Below the pieces are notes generated by a model. That model made no database searches. It was not told where the DNA came from and saw only the letters and a list, made by a program, of their open reading frames with translations. This document shows, in pieces, positions 11,516-22,947 of a DNA stretch of 64,000 nt (positions within the stretch are counted from its first letter, which is position 1; every line of letters begins with the position of its first letter). Made by a program: the position numbers and the translations under genes. Source of the DNA: an uncultured Nitrososphaerota archaeon. Lineage in GTDB: Archaea > Thermoproteota > Nitrososphaeria > Nitrososphaerales > Nitrosopumilaceae. The stretch spans positions 544,001-608,000 of the forward strand of contig CAWGPD010000004.1 in NCBI GenBank assembly GCA_963824385.1, read 5' to 3'.

Positions 11516-12288
11516 ATCTTTATCATCTCCAAATTAGTTGAATTTATCATCTCAATAATTTTTTGTTTGTTCTTTCCAAGTCCACTCCAGTCTACTAATG
11601 CAAATTTAGCATCACTATTTCGCGCCACAATATGATCAAAAAGATCTTTGTCGAGTTCATCTAAACCATGTTTTGGAATAACAGTTCCCAGTGCAAAATC
11701 ACCTTCGAGTAATTCTTTATTGAATTTACTAGGATAGTGTGTACCTCCAAAACATATGGCTACCTCACATTTCTTTTGTGGTTCAGACATTTCTTTTAGG
11801 ACTACTTTTGCTACACTTTCACACAAATTTTTATCAGTCCATTCTTTTTCAGTTGTGCCTATTTCAATGAATAAGGTAGGCTTACTCAAGGCCGTAGGTC
11901 CGTGATGAGTTGCCTCTATTGTTATATCAAATTTTGAAAAATTATCCCTTTCTTCCCATAATCGTTTCATATATGATTTTTGGAGATGCGGATGAGGTAT
12001 TGCCACCTGCCTTGGAAATCCACCAAACATTGCATCCCCGAAATTTCCTGTGCTATGGCATGTCAACGCAAGCGTTCCACTCTCAGATGCGTGTTTTGAT
12101 AAAAACACATAACCATCATAAGAATATTTTTCTTCAAGCCAATCAGCAGATATTACCGGAGTCGGTATGATTACAAGGTCAAAATCATTTCCATGATAAA
12201 TCTCATCTTCTTTTTTCATTTGTTTTGAAATAAATGATGCCATGTTAGAACCCGCAGGATCAGATTGGTATGCTACGAGTAATTGCAT
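11512..12288 (-). CDS. dtdA: Archaeal D-aminoacyl-tRNA deacylase (DTD2/GEK1 family)
   Basis: SKHAS, HSTGN, EATHHGP, FIEIG, GGTHY. Confidence 0.9.
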   Translation of the reverse strand: MQLLVAYQSDPAGSNMASFISKQMKKEDEIYHGNDFDLVIIPTPVISADWLEEKYSYDGYVFLSKHASESGTLALTCHSTGNFGDAMFGGFPRQVAIPHPHLQKSYMKRLWEERDNFSKFDITIEATHHGPTALSKPTLFIEIGTTEKEWTDKNLCESVAKVVLKEMSEPQKKCEVAICFGGTHYPSKFNKELLEGDFALGTVIPKHGLDELDKDLFDHIVARNSDAKFALVDWSGLGKNKQKIIEMINSTNLEMIKI

Positions 12289-12327
12289 AAAATAAGAATT
12301 ATAAGGACACTTTATTAACGTCCTCCA

Positions 12328-12513
12328 ATGGTGAAGATAGACCCAAAACAGATGCTAAAGGACATGGTCAACACCATGAAACTAGCCAAAAAGTCAGACA
12401 AGGAAGATTACATGGAACATTTGAGGTTAGTAGTTCTTGGCATGGCTACACTTGGTGCCATTGGGTTCATAATTCAATTCACATTTGCTGTTATCAATTT
12501 AGGACATAGATAA
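12328..12513 (+). CDS. secE: Protein translocase SecE/Sec61gamma
   Basis: 61 aa, LAKK...Y, C-terminal TM GAIGFII; upstream of spt5. Confidence 0.88.
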   Translation: MVKIDPKQMLKDMVNTMKLAKKSDKEDYMEHLRLVVLGMATLGAIGFIIQFTFAVINLGHR

Positions 12514-12514
12514 A

Positions 12515-12970
12515 ATGGCACAAGAAACAAAATCGCACTTTTTTGCAGTTAGAACTACAGGGGGTCAAGAAAAGGTTGTTATGGGTTTACTAGAAAACAG
12601 AATTAAACTAAAAAAACTTAACATACAGTCAGTTCTTCTTCTAGAGAATCTCAAAGGATATGTTGTTGTAGAGGCCATAGATGCCAACGCAGCATTTGAT
12701 GCATTACAAGGAATCAGACACATTAGAGGTCAACTAAGAGGAGAATTAACATTCAAAGATATTGAAGGATATTTGGTAAAGAAATCTACAGTTTCAGAAT
12801 TAGTCGTGGATCAAGTTGTTGAGATTATTGGCGGTCCTTTCAAAGGGATGAAAGCCACAGTTACAAGAGTAGATCAGGATAAAGAAGAGGCCACTGTAAT
12901 TTTACTTGATGCACCATATCAATTACCAGTTACTGTTGATGCAAACTATCTTAAACCATCAACTCATTAG
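12515..12970 (+). CDS. spt5: Transcription elongation factor Spt5 (NusG family)
   Basis: VRTTGGQE, KGYVVVEA, KOW motif VEIIGGPFKG. Confidence 0.95.
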   Translation: MAQETKSHFFAVRTTGGQEKVVMGLLENRIKLKKLNIQSVLLLENLKGYVVVEAIDANAAFDALQGIRHIRGQLRGELTFKDIEGYLVKKSTVSELVVDQVVEIIGGPFKGMKATVTRVDQDKEEATVILLDAPYQLPVTVDANYLKPSTH

Positions 12971-13009
12971 CAAGGATTAAATTTACAGTTAAGAGGGAAG
13001 AAAAATATC

Positions 13010-13492
13010 ATGGTAGATATGCAAAGTGTTTCAGCACTTGTCACTGGAGGCCAAGCTAGTGCTGGTCCTCCATTAGGTCCAACATTGGGACCACTGGGTG
13101 TAAATATTTTACAAATAGTCACGGCAATAAATGAAAAAACTAAAGATTTCGAGGGAATGAAAGTCCCAGTTACAGTCAATGTAGACAAGAAGACAAAAAC
13201 ATGGACCGTAGAAGTAGGAATTCCATCTGCGGCAGCTTTAATTTTAAAAGAGGCGGGTATTCAAAAAGGTTCAGGAACTTCTGGTGCAACATGGGTTGGA
13301 GAAATATCACCTGACTCAGTTATCAAAGTTGCAAAGTTAAAAATAGATTCATCCTATGCACTAAATATCAAATCTGCCGCAAAAGAAATAATCGGAACTT
13401 GTTTAGCACTGGGAATAAAAATAGATGGTAAAAATCCTAAAGAGGCAACAGCAGAATTAGAAGCTGGTAAGTGGGACAGTAAATTTAAGTAA
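13010..13492 (+). CDS. rpl11: 50S ribosomal protein uL11
   Basis: GGQASAGPPLGPTLGP. Confidence 0.96.
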   Translation: MVDMQSVSALVTGGQASAGPPLGPTLGPLGVNILQIVTAINEKTKDFEGMKVPVTVNVDKKTKTWTVEVGIPSAAALILKEAGIQKGSGTSGATWVGEISPDSVIKVAKLKIDSSYALNIKSAAKEIIGTCLALGIKIDGKNPKEATAELEAGKWDSKFK

Positions 13493-13493
13493 A

Positions 13494-13952
13494 TTATTCA
13501 ATTACAGAATAAATCGGATCTTTATCAGTTCTTTGTAGTTCAACAAAAGTTTCAGTATTTAGTATTCCTTCTATCTTACCTATCTTCTCTATAGCCACAG
13601 TATGTAATTCTTCAAGATTCTGTGCTCTTAGAGTCAATAGAATATCAAAGCGTCCAGTGACCTCAGATATTGCAACTATTTCAGGAGTTTTTATCAATGC
13701 TTTATGGATCTGGTCCTTTAACTTTGGATCCCTGTTAATACCCATAGTAGCTCTTACTCCAATACCAATCAGAGACTCGTCAACAACAATAGTAAATTTC
13801 TTGATTAATTTTTTCTTAACAAGTCTCTTTATTCTACTATATAGAACCGAAGTATTTACTCCGAGTTTTTTTGAGAGATTAGGAACTGAAGCATTACCGT
13901 CAAGGCTAAGTTCAGTAATTATTTTCATATCCAAATCATCGAATTTGTGCAA
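13494..13952 (-). CDS. Lrp/AsnC family transcriptional regulator
   Basis: DDLDMKII, HTH ...RIKRL, EVTGRFD RAM domain. Confidence 0.92.
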   Translation of the reverse strand: MHKFDDLDMKIITELSLDGNASVPNLSKKLGVNTSVLYSRIKRLVKKKLIKKFTIVVDESLIGIGVRATMGINRDPKLKDQIHKALIKTPEIVAISEVTGRFDILLTLRAQNLEELHTVAIEKIGKIEGILNTETFVELQRTDKDPIYSVIE

Positions 13953-14118
13953 CTTTGCGACTTGTTTTTATTAGTATTTAATAAATGTAAGTTCCTTTTG
14001 TCAAATGTGTTCTTATTTCAAGATAAGTTCAACAACATGAAAATTTTAGAATGTTAGTATTTCTCGAATGATTTTGTCGCTAAAGGATTTTAAATAGGCA
14101 AATTAGGAAGATTTCGTA

Positions 14119-14778
14119 ATGATTACAGAGTCCCAGATATCTCAAATGATAACAGAGGCTAAAAAGAGTACAAAGGCAAGAAAATTTAAGCAGTCAATAG
14201 AGCTTATCATGACTTTCAGAGATGTAGATGTAAAGAAAGGATTTGCAATAACTGAGACAGTTCAGTTACCAAAAAAGATGAGTCAATCAGCTAAAATTTG
14301 TGTAATTGCTTCTGGAGATCTTGGTGTAAAAGCAAAGAGTGCAAATGCAGACATGGTAATAGACAGCACACAGATAACACAAATGGGTACAAACAAGAGA
14401 GAATCACGCAAATTAATTAATGGTTATGACTTTTTCCTTGCAGATACTTCAGTTATGGCAAATGTCGGTAAGACATTAGGTCAATTCATGGGTCCTAGAG
14501 GCAAAATGCCAACACCACTTCCATTCAATGCTCCAATTGATTCAATATTAGAAAGATTCAGAACTTCAATCAAAGTTAAATTGAAAAATTCTCTTTCATT
14601 AGCATGTAAGATAGGCGATGAAACCATGTCTGATGAAGATTTACTTGCAAATGCTAATGCGGTAATTAGTACAATAGAAAAGAAATTACCAAGCGGTGAT
14701 AAAAACATCAAGAGAATAATGATCAAGACAAGCATGGGAAAAATAATTAAACCAGTACAGCAACCAGGAACGAAGTAA
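14119..14778 (+). CDS. rpl1: 50S ribosomal protein uL1
   Basis: RKFKQSIEL, LGQFMGPRGKMP, KTSMG. Confidence 0.96.
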   Translation: MITESQISQMITEAKKSTKARKFKQSIELIMTFRDVDVKKGFAITETVQLPKKMSQSAKICVIASGDLGVKAKSANADMVIDSTQITQMGTNKRESRKLINGYDFFLADTSVMANVGKTLGQFMGPRGKMPTPLPFNAPIDSILERFRTSIKVKLKNSLSLACKIGDETMSDEDLLANANAVISTIEKKLPSGDKNIKRIMIKTSMGKIIKPVQQPGTK

Positions 14779-14779
14779 G

Positions 14780-15646
14780 ATGCATCAGAATAGAACAAAA
14801 TACCCTCAAAAGAAAATGCAGATGTATCAGCAACTTCAAGAATTACCAAGCAAATACAAAGTTGTAGCATTAGTTAGAATGGAAAAAGTAAGATCTTCAC
14901 AATTATTACCATTAAGAAAAAAATTCAAAGGAGAAGTAGAAATTGTAAGCATCAAAGACAAAGTTGCACAAAAATCACTTGCTACGCTAAAGATTCCAGG
15001 ACTTGAGAAACTTGCTGAAAAATTAGTTGGACAATGTGTTTTGATGTTTACAAATATGAGTCCAATCAGATTGAATATTTTACTAGGTAAAAACAAAATA
15101 ATGATGGCTGCAAGAGGTGGAGACAAAGCAAGTATAGACGTTATAATCAAAGCAGGTAACACGGGAATTACCCCTGGTCCAATTCTTACAGATTTCAAAG
15201 AAGCTGGAGTTTCAACAAAAATTGATCAAGGAACAGTTTGGATAACCAAGGATTCAGTAGCTGCAAAGAAAGGTGACACCATATCTGCAAAATTAGCTAC
15301 CTTACTTAGTAAGCTTGATGTCAAGGCAGTAGAGGCAGGCATAGTACTAAACTCCGCTTTAGAGGAGAAGATAGTTTACAATCAGGATGAATTAACAGTA
15401 GACCTAGAAAAATACAGAGCGGCTTTTGCTCAGGCCCATCAAGAAGCATTAGCATTATCCATAGAGATAGGATATGTAACCAAGGAGAATGTCAACATCA
15501 TACTTTCAAGAGCTGCTCAACAGGCAAGATCACTTGCAATAGAATCAGGGTTCCTTACTGAAGACACTAAGGAATCAACTATTCAGAGAGCTCATGGACA
15601 AGCCAAATCACTATCAACAAAGCTAAAGAACTACAGCGCTCAATAA
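14780..15646 (+). CDS. rpl10: 50S ribosomal protein uL10 (P0)
   Basis: AGNTGITPGP domain II; follows rpl1. Confidence 0.94.
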   Translation: MHQNRTKYPQKKMQMYQQLQELPSKYKVVALVRMEKVRSSQLLPLRKKFKGEVEIVSIKDKVAQKSLATLKIPGLEKLAEKLVGQCVLMFTNMSPIRLNILLGKNKIMMAARGGDKASIDVIIKAGNTGITPGPILTDFKEAGVSTKIDQGTVWITKDSVAAKKGDTISAKLATLLSKLDVKAVEAGIVLNSALEEKIVYNQDELTVDLEKYRAAFAQAHQEALALSIEIGYVTKENVNIILSRAAQQARSLAIESGFLTEDTKESTIQRAHGQAKSLSTKLKNYSAQ

Positions 15647-15653
15647 CTCAAAA

Positions 15654-16286
15654 TCATCCACGCACTTTGGGTAAATTCCAATTGTATTTCATAGCAACTA
15701 GTCTTAGTATAGTAGTAACTATGATTGAACCAATTGTTGCCACTTCAATTTGAAATTTAGTAATTAAAAGAATGTAAAAAATCACAACACCTAGAAAACT
15801 TGCTGACGCATAGAGCTCTTTAACAAAAACCATAGGTATTTCATTTACAAACATATCTCGCAAAATTCCTCCTCCTACAGCTGTCACCATTCCTGCCATG
15901 GCCATAGCAAGAAAGTTCATTCCAAATAATTGATATGCCAATGTAGCGCCAATTGCAGTAAATACGCCCAACCCAAGTGCGTCAAATTTTAAAAATAAAT
16001 TCCAGTGTTTTTGCATTTTAGGATAGAGAAAGAATATGACAACACCTGTTGTGGTAGTAATAATTACATAATATGGATCAGAGATTGAATGAGGAGGAAA
16101 ATGACCAAGTATGATATCCCGTATAGTTCCTCCCGCAACACCGGTTATTGTTGCAAGAATTATAATTCCTACAATGTCTGCTTTGTGTTCTATTGCTTTG
16201 AATGCACCTGTCACAGCAAAGGCCATAGTTCCAAACAAATCCAATATCAAGACAATAAATTGAATTGGAGAAGAGAGTTCAGTCAA
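15654..16286 (-). CDS. TRIC/UPF0126 family membrane protein
   Basis: Duplicated GGTIRD / GGGILRD, AFAVTGA, DALGLG. Confidence 0.9.
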   Translation of the reverse strand: MTELSSPIQFIVLILDLFGTMAFAVTGAFKAIEHKADIVGIIILATITGVAGGTIRDIILGHFPPHSISDPYYVIITTTTGVVIFFLYPKMQKHWNLFLKFDALGLGVFTAIGATLAYQLFGMNFLAMAMAGMVTAVGGGILRDMFVNEIPMVFVKELYASASFLGVVIFYILLITKFQIEVATIGSIIVTTILRLVAMKYNWNLPKVRG

Positions 16287-16358
16287 ATAACAAATTAACC
16301 AAGACTATAGTAAATAATGTTTTTAAGAAATTACAAAAAGGGGGATAAAATTACAGTT

Positions 16359-16658
16359 TTAACCGAATAGTGCAGAAAGACCTTCCATAGCCTGTTCTTC
16401 GGTCTTTGCAGATGGCAGTTCAGCTTCCTTCTTTCCTTCTGCTGCTCCTCCACCTGATGGTGCGGCTGGTGCAGCGACTGCTACTGGGGCAGCTTTGATT
16501 GCTTCCTCAATGTCCACATCTGCTAGTGCAGCTACAAGTGCCTTTACTTGTGCCTCATTTACTTCAGCACCAGAAGCCTTTACAACATTAGCAATATTTG
16601 CTTCATTGATTTCCTTCTTTTGTTTGTGCAAAAGCAATGCAGCGTATACGTATTCCAT
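16359..16658 (-). CDS. rpl12: Ribosomal stalk protein P1/aL12
   Basis: [11 protein letters not shown] ... Ala-rich hinge ... GLSALFG. Confidence 0.96.
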   Translation of the reverse strand: MEYVYAALLLHKQKKEINEANIANVVKASGAEVNEAQVKALVAALADVDIEEAIKAAPVAVAAPAAPSGGGAAEGKKEAELPSAKTEEQAMEGLSALFG

Positions 16659-16734
16659 TGTAAACAAATTTTGCAAGAGGCATAATATAAAACTATGGAG
16701 TTTTTAGGAAAAATAAATAAAAAAAATACCTTTT

Positions 16735-17256
16735 CTAGTTTAAGATCTTAAGACCTCTACATATTGAATACATGTATTTCTTTAGATCTTTATCATAAAG
16801 TGTATCCATTCTTTGTTTTAGAAGTCGCTTTGCCTGATCTCGCTCTGTACCATTAGGTAAAGACAGAACATTGTTAATCAATTCAGGAATTGATTCTCGA
16901 ACCCAACCAGAAATGATATTATGAATATTTTTGTGGATTTTGTAAACGTCATTGGTATCAACATCAAATACTCCAGTAAAATTATTGAATTCAACTCTAT
17001 AGATCAAGGCAAAGATACACTCCTTCGGATTAGGATTTTTTAGGATTTCAACTGATTGAGGACCTGCCTTTCCTTGTGAGATCTTATTCTTCAAACCTAC
17101 AGGATTTATCACAATTCCATTAATCCCAATGTTACTGTTTTCTACTCCTGTTACAATACCTACAATGATATCTCTATACTCACCATTGGGCTGGGATGCA
17201 AAGGCAAAGTCTCCTTCTTTCCAGCCCTTCTTTTGAAACATGAGAAACTTTTCCAA
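16735..17256 (-). CDS. Hypothetical protein
   Basis: 173-aa intact ORF filling the gap, divergent from alaS; start uncertain. Confidence 0.7.
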   Translation of the reverse strand: MEKFLMFQKKGWKEGDFAFASQPNGEYRDIIVGIVTGVENSNIGINGIVINPVGLKNKISQGKAGPQSVEILKNPNPKECIFALIYRVEFNNFTGVFDVDTNDVYKIHKNIHNIISGWVRESIPELINNVLSLPNGTERDQAKRLLKQRMDTLYDKDLKKYMYSICRGLKILN

Positions 17257-17318
17257 TAAATCATATTTAATGTGTTGCTTCAGAATGCTTAATATCAGTC
17301 AGAAGAAAAAATTGTGAA

Positions 17319-20027
17319 ATGGACAAAGATCAAATCCTTTCAAAGTTTTCCACCGATCCAGAAAGATACTATAAAGTTTCATTATTTGAAAATGAGGGAT
17401 TTAGAAGAAAATCATGTAGTAAATGTCGAAGATATTTTTGGACTTTAGATGACAATATGAGTTTGTGTCCGGATCATATAGAAAATAGTTATTCTTTCAT
17501 TGGTGATCCTCCCACAAACAAGAGATTTGATTATACACAAGCATGGAAAGAAGTAGAATCATTCTTTGTTCAGAATAATCATAAATCAGTTGGAAGGTAT
17601 CCAGTAGTTTGCAGATGGCGTGATGATCTTTATTTTACGATTGCATCAATTGTTGATTTTCAGAGAGTAATGGGTTCCAAAGTTGTCTTTGAATTTCCTG
17701 CCAATCCGTTAATTGTCCCTCAAACTTGTCTCAGATTCAAAGATATTGAGAATGTTGGAGTAACTGGGAGGCATTTTTCTAGTTTTTGTATGATAGGACA
17801 ACACAGTATACCAAATTCACAAGGATATTGGAAGGATAGATGTGTAGAACTTGATTTTAAACTTCTTACAGATAGATTAGGAATTAATAAAAAGGAAATA
17901 GTATTTGTTGAAGATGTCTGGGCAGGAGGAGGATCTTTTGGTTCGTCACTTGAATATTTTGTAAGAGGTTTAGAACTTGGTAATGCAGTATTTACGGAAT
18001 TCCAGGGAGATTTGAATAATTATTCTGTTTTAGATCAAAAAATTATCGACATGGGAGCAGGCCTTGAAAGATTCGCATGGATAACAATGGGAACTCCAAC
18101 TGCGTATGATTGCTGTTTTGGACCAATAACAAACTACATGATACAAAAAATAGGTATCAATATGGATTCAAGCATAATTTCAAAATATTTCATGGCAGTT
18201 GCAAAAGCTCTATCAGAATCAGAAGATATATCAATAGTCAGAAAAACCGCTGCAAGAATTGCAGGTTTAGATGAAACAAAACAGGATAAGATAATTTCAC
18301 CACTTGAAGGCATATACATGATAGCAGATCATTTGAGAACCCTCATTTTTGCAATTTCTGATGGTGCATTACCAAGTAATGTTGGAGGAGGCTATAACTT
18401 GAGAATGATTCTAAGGAGAACACTTGCTACGATTGATAGATTTGGCTGGAATTTTGATCTCAATGACTTGATTGATCTACACATAGATTATCTAAAATCA
18501 ACGTACCCAGAGCTTGAGCAAACTCGTAATGATGTTAAAACAATAATCGAGGTAGAAAAGAATCGTTACAATGAATCTAGAGTTAGAATGAAAAACATGG
18601 CAATAACTATCAAGACACAGAATAAGAAATTAACAGTAGATGATCTCATTCGCTTGTACGAGTCAGATGGTATAACACCAGATTTCCTCAAAGAATATCA
18701 GATAATTCCAGAAATTCCTTCAACGTTTTATGAAAGATTAACAGATTTGCACCAATCTGAGAAAATTGAAAAAAAACAAGATCTGAATTTGGAGGGAATA
18801 CCCGATACAGAATTGCTATATTACAAAGATAATCCTCATGAATTTGAAGCCAAAGTTCTTCGAGTTATAAATAATAAATTTGTCATACTAGATAAAACGT
18901 CATTTTATGCAAGAGGAGGCGGTCAAGAGCCAGATCATGGAATAATTTCAGAATCAAATGTAATAGATGTTACAAAACATGGTAATGTTGTATTACATGA
19001 GATTAAAGATTCTACACCAAAAGAAGGTACAATTGTAAAATGTAAAATTGATTCTACAAGAAGATTTGGAATAACACGTAATCATACAAGTACTCACGTG
19101 CTAAATGCATCTTCAAGAAACATACTGGGTTCATGGATATGGCAACATTCTGCATTCAAGGATGTGGATTATGCAAGACTTGACATTACTCACCATTCAA
19201 ATCTCACAGAAGAAGAAATAATGAAGATAGAAGATCTTGCAAACATCACCATAAGAAAAAATATTCCTATATTAATCAATCAGTTTGAAAGAGGTGAAGC
19301 TGAACAAGAATATGGTTTTAGAATTTATCAAGGAGGAGTAGTTCCAGTAAAACTAGTACGAATTGTCAACATAGAAGGATTTGATGTGGAAGCTTGTGGT
19401 GGAACTCATGTTCAAAAAACAGGTGAATTGGGATTAATAAAAATTACAAAAGCTGAGAGAATCCAAGATGGAGTAGTAAGACTAGAATTTGTTTCGGGGG
19501 AGGCCGCACTAAAGTATACTCAAAGTCAAGATAGAAAGATTTCACACATAGTAAAATCACTTGGTTCAAGCAAAGAAAAAATGTTGGAATCGTTTGAACA
19601 TGTAATGAAGGATTCTGATGATGCAAAAAGAAAATTAAAGCAATTAATGAAAAGAACTTCAGAGTCATCTGCAAAAGAGGCAATTTCTCAGGCAAAGAAT
19701 ATCGGACAGGTGAAACTTTACAGTACAGTTGAGGAAGAACTTGATGAAGAATTCCACATATCTACAGGAGAGATAGCAACCAAGATTGAAAAATCGTTGA
19801 TCTACTGTGCATTAATAATAAAAAATGAAACAATAAAAATAATTGCGTTTTGTGGTTCTGAAGCTATTTCAATCAAGAAAGCAGGAGATCTAGTAAAGGA
19901 TGTATCCAAAGTACTTGGTGGCTCTGGAGGTGGAAGAGATACTTTTGGTCAGGGAGGAGGAAAAGATCTATCAAAAATAAAAGATGCTCTTCTGACTATA
20001 GAAAAATCAGTTATTGGAGAGAGATAG
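17319..20027 (+). CDS. alaS: Alanine--tRNA ligase (archaeal type)
   Basis: VVCRWRDDL, DMGAGLERF, editing motifs HTSTH and CGGTH, GGSGGG. Confidence 0.97.
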   Translation: MDKDQILSKFSTDPERYYKVSLFENEGFRRKSCSKCRRYFWTLDDNMSLCPDHIENSYSFIGDPPTNKRFDYTQAWKEVESFFVQNNHKSVGRYPVVCRWRDDLYFTIASIVDFQRVMGSKVVFEFPANPLIVPQTCLRFKDIENVGVTGRHFSSFCMIGQHSIPNSQGYWKDRCVELDFKLLTDRLGINKKEIVFVEDVWAGGGSFGSSLEYFVRGLELGNAVFTEFQGDLNNYSVLDQKIIDMGAGLERFAWITMGTPTAYDCCFGPITNYMIQKIGINMDSSIISKYFMAVAKALSESEDISIVRKTAARIAGLDETKQDKIISPLEGIYMIADHLRTLIFAISDGALPSNVGGGYNLRMILRRTLATIDRFGWNFDLNDLIDLHIDYLKSTYPELEQTRNDVKTIIEVEKNRYNESRVRMKNMAITIKTQNKKLTVDDLIRLYESDGITPDFLKEYQIIPEIPSTFYERLTDLHQSEKIEKKQDLNLEGIPDTELLYYKDNPHEFEAKVLRVINNKFVILDKTSFYARGGGQEPDHGIISESNVIDVTKHGNVVLHEIKDSTPKEGTIVKCKIDSTRRFGITRNHTSTHVLNASSRNILGSWIWQHSAFKDVDYARLDITHHSNLTEEEIMKIEDLANITIRKNIPILINQFERGEAEQEYGFRIYQGGVVPVKLVRIVNIEGFDVEACGGTHVQKTGELGLIKITKAERIQDGVVRLEFVSGEAALKYTQSQDRKISHIVKSLGSSKEKMLESFEHVMKDSDDAKRKLKQLMKRTSESSAKEAISQAKNIGQVKLYSTVEEELDEEFHISTGEIATKIEKSLIYCALIIKNETIKIIAFCGSEAISIKKAGDLVKDVSKVLGGSGGGRDTFGQGGGKDLSKIKDALLTIEKSVIGER

Positions 20028-20030
20028 TAA

Positions 20031-22902
20031 ATGGACTGGACTTCACTTGAAGAAAAATGGAGACATATATGGGAAACTGAGAAATATTTTGAGACTGATC
20101 CTAATAATAAAAAAAAATTCTTTGTAACTGTAGCTTATCCATACCCCAATTCTCCGCAACATGTGGGACATGGTAGAACATACACACTAGCAGATGTTCA
20201 TGCAAGATTTATGCGCATGATGGGTTACAATGTATTATTTCCAATGGGGTTTCACTATACAGGAACTCCCATACTTGGCATGGCAAGAAGAGTTCAAGAC
20301 AATGACATAAAATTATTAGAAACATTTCGTAATATATACAAGGTTCCAGATGAGAAGATAAGAGAATTTACAGAGCCAATAAAAATTGCAGATTATTTCC
20401 ACCAAGAGATAAAGGCAGGAATGAAAGAGATGGGATATTCAATAGATTGGAGAAGAGAATTTACTACAGTAGATCCTGTGTATAGCAAATTTATTGAGTG
20501 GCAGTTTAAAAAATTAAAAGAAAAGAATCTGATAATTCAGGGCACCCACCCTGTAGGATGGTGTCCAAAGGATCAGAATCCAGTCTCTCAACATGATACT
20601 CAGGGAGATGTAGAGCCAAGTTTTACAGAATACACAATCATCAAATTCAAGTATGAAAAATATATCATTCCCACTGCAACATTACGACCTGAGACTATTT
20701 TTGGAGTAACAAACATTTGGATAAATCCAGAATTTATTTATGAAATCATCCAAGTAAATGATGAAGAGTGGATAGTAACAAGCGAATGCGCAAGAAAGTT
20801 AGAATTTCATAATAAAAAAATAACAAGATTAGATAAAATATCAGGAAATGAACTAATAGGTAAAAAAGTTCAGGTTCCTGAAAGAAATGATCAAGTTCTA
20901 ATTCTACCTGCAAGTTTTGTCAAAAGTGAGAATGGTACAGGCATAGTAATGTCAGTTCCAGCACATGCTCCTTTTGATTATCAAGCTTTAGAAGATTTGA
21001 AAAAAGAATTTACAAAATATCCTCATCTTTCTGAGATTCAAAAAATTAAAGTCTATACCAATAATTGCAACAGAAGGCTATGGGGAAATTCCTGCTCAAG
21101 ATGTAATAATCAGACTTCAAATTGAAAATCAGAATAATCCCAGATTAGAAGAAGCAACCAAAGAGATATACTCAAAGGAATTTTACAGTGGCAAATTAAA
21201 ACAGAATACTGGAAAATTTGCAAATAAAACAGTCTCAGAGGCAAAAGATGAAGTGAAAAAATGGATGCTACAAACTGGAAATGCAGATATTCTCTATGAA
21301 TTAAACGAGTCGCCCATAAGATGCAGGTGTGGTGTAGAATGTGTAGTAAAAATACTCAACAATCAATGGTTTCTTAACTATTCAGATCCGGAATGGAAAA
21401 CAAAAGTTCACTCATGGATAAATGAGATGAAAATTCTGCCAGAAGAAATTAGAAATGAATTCAATAATGTTGTAGATTGGCTCCGAGAGAGAGCATGTGC
21501 AAGACAACATGGATTAGGAACAAAATTACCATGGGACAAGAACTGGATAATAGAGAGTCTCTCAGATTCAGTGATTTACATGGCATATTACACAATAGCA
21601 AAATATGTAAACAGTAAAGAAATTACAGCAGAAAACACATCTGATATTTTTTTCGATCATGTGTTTCTGAACGAAGGTAGTTCAGAGATGGTCTCGTCTC
21701 AATGTAAAATAACATCAAACCTACTTGAGAAGATAAAAAATGAATTCCAGTATTTTTATCCAGTTAATGCAAGACACTCAGGTAGAGATCTAGTACCAAA
21801 TCATCTGACATTTTTTATTTTCAACCACATAGCAATATTTCCCAAGAAATACTGGCCTGAAGAAATTGTGGTCAATGGTTCAGTTTTAATGGATGGAAAA
21901 AAGATGTCAAAGTCTGAAGGAAATATAATTCCGCTTAGAGATGCCATAAGAATTCACGGTGCGGATTCTATAAGACTTGCAATTTTAATTTCAGCAGAGC
22001 TATTACAAGATGCAGATTTCAACCAAGAAGCAGTCAAAGGAATAAAGAACAAGTTAGAAAGTATGTTAGATGAATGCTCAAAATACAAATCTGTTCAGAA
22101 TGTCAAACTTGAACAGGAAGATAGATGGATAAAAAGCAAGATTGAACAATTGACTTTCATGACAACTTCATCAATACAAAAAATGAGATTAAGAGAAGCA
22201 TTACATTTCATACTCTACGAGTTTGAGTCAGATCTTCAGTGGTATATGAAACGAGTTACCGCAAAGAAACGTGAAGATTTCTCAGGAATCTTGCATGAAA
22301 TATTTTCTACAAGAGTAGCAATGATGTCACCTTTTGCTCCATATGTGTCAGAAGAAATGTGGTATAGATTAGGAAATCCAGGTATTGTATCAAAGTCTTC
22401 CTGGCCCACATATCATGCTGATAGTATTGACTTTGAATCAATTCAATCTGAAAATCTACTAAAAAATACGATGGATGATATAAAAAATATAATCAAGGTC
22501 ACAAAGATTATTCCTAAAAAAATAATAATTTACACACCAGCACCATGGAAAGTAAAGGCCTATCAGAAAATTTTATCTAAAGTTGTTGAAGGTGAGGTAA
22601 ACATAGGCACTTTAATAAAATCACTTATTGCAGACAAAGAAACAGAGGAAATAAAGAAAGATCCTGATTTTGTTAAAAAAACAGTTAATGATATTTTATC
22701 AGAGTCACAAAAAGAGAGAGAATCAAAAAATAGAATTGGCTTAATTGATGAAAAGAAAATTCTTTCTGAGCTAGATTCACTTGTACAAGCTGAATTTGGA
22801 ATTATGTCCCAAGTATTTGCAGAATCGGATCAAGACAAATATGATCCAAAAAATAAATCAAGAACAGCTAGACCATACAAACCAGCCATCTTAATAGAAT
22901 AA
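20031..22902 (+). CDS. leuS: Leucine--tRNA ligase; frameshift near 21050
   Basis: YPYPN, HVGH, TLRPET, SVPAHAP, KMSKS. Confidence 0.95.
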
Positions 22903-22947
22903 CAATTGCCGCATGTTTTTATTAGGTAATTTAGGGTGTAAGATCGT

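Noticed and set aside
20031..22902. Naturally split LeuRS
   Set aside because: The second frame is open through the gap from about 21050 (PIIATEGYGEIPA...), consistent with a single indel.
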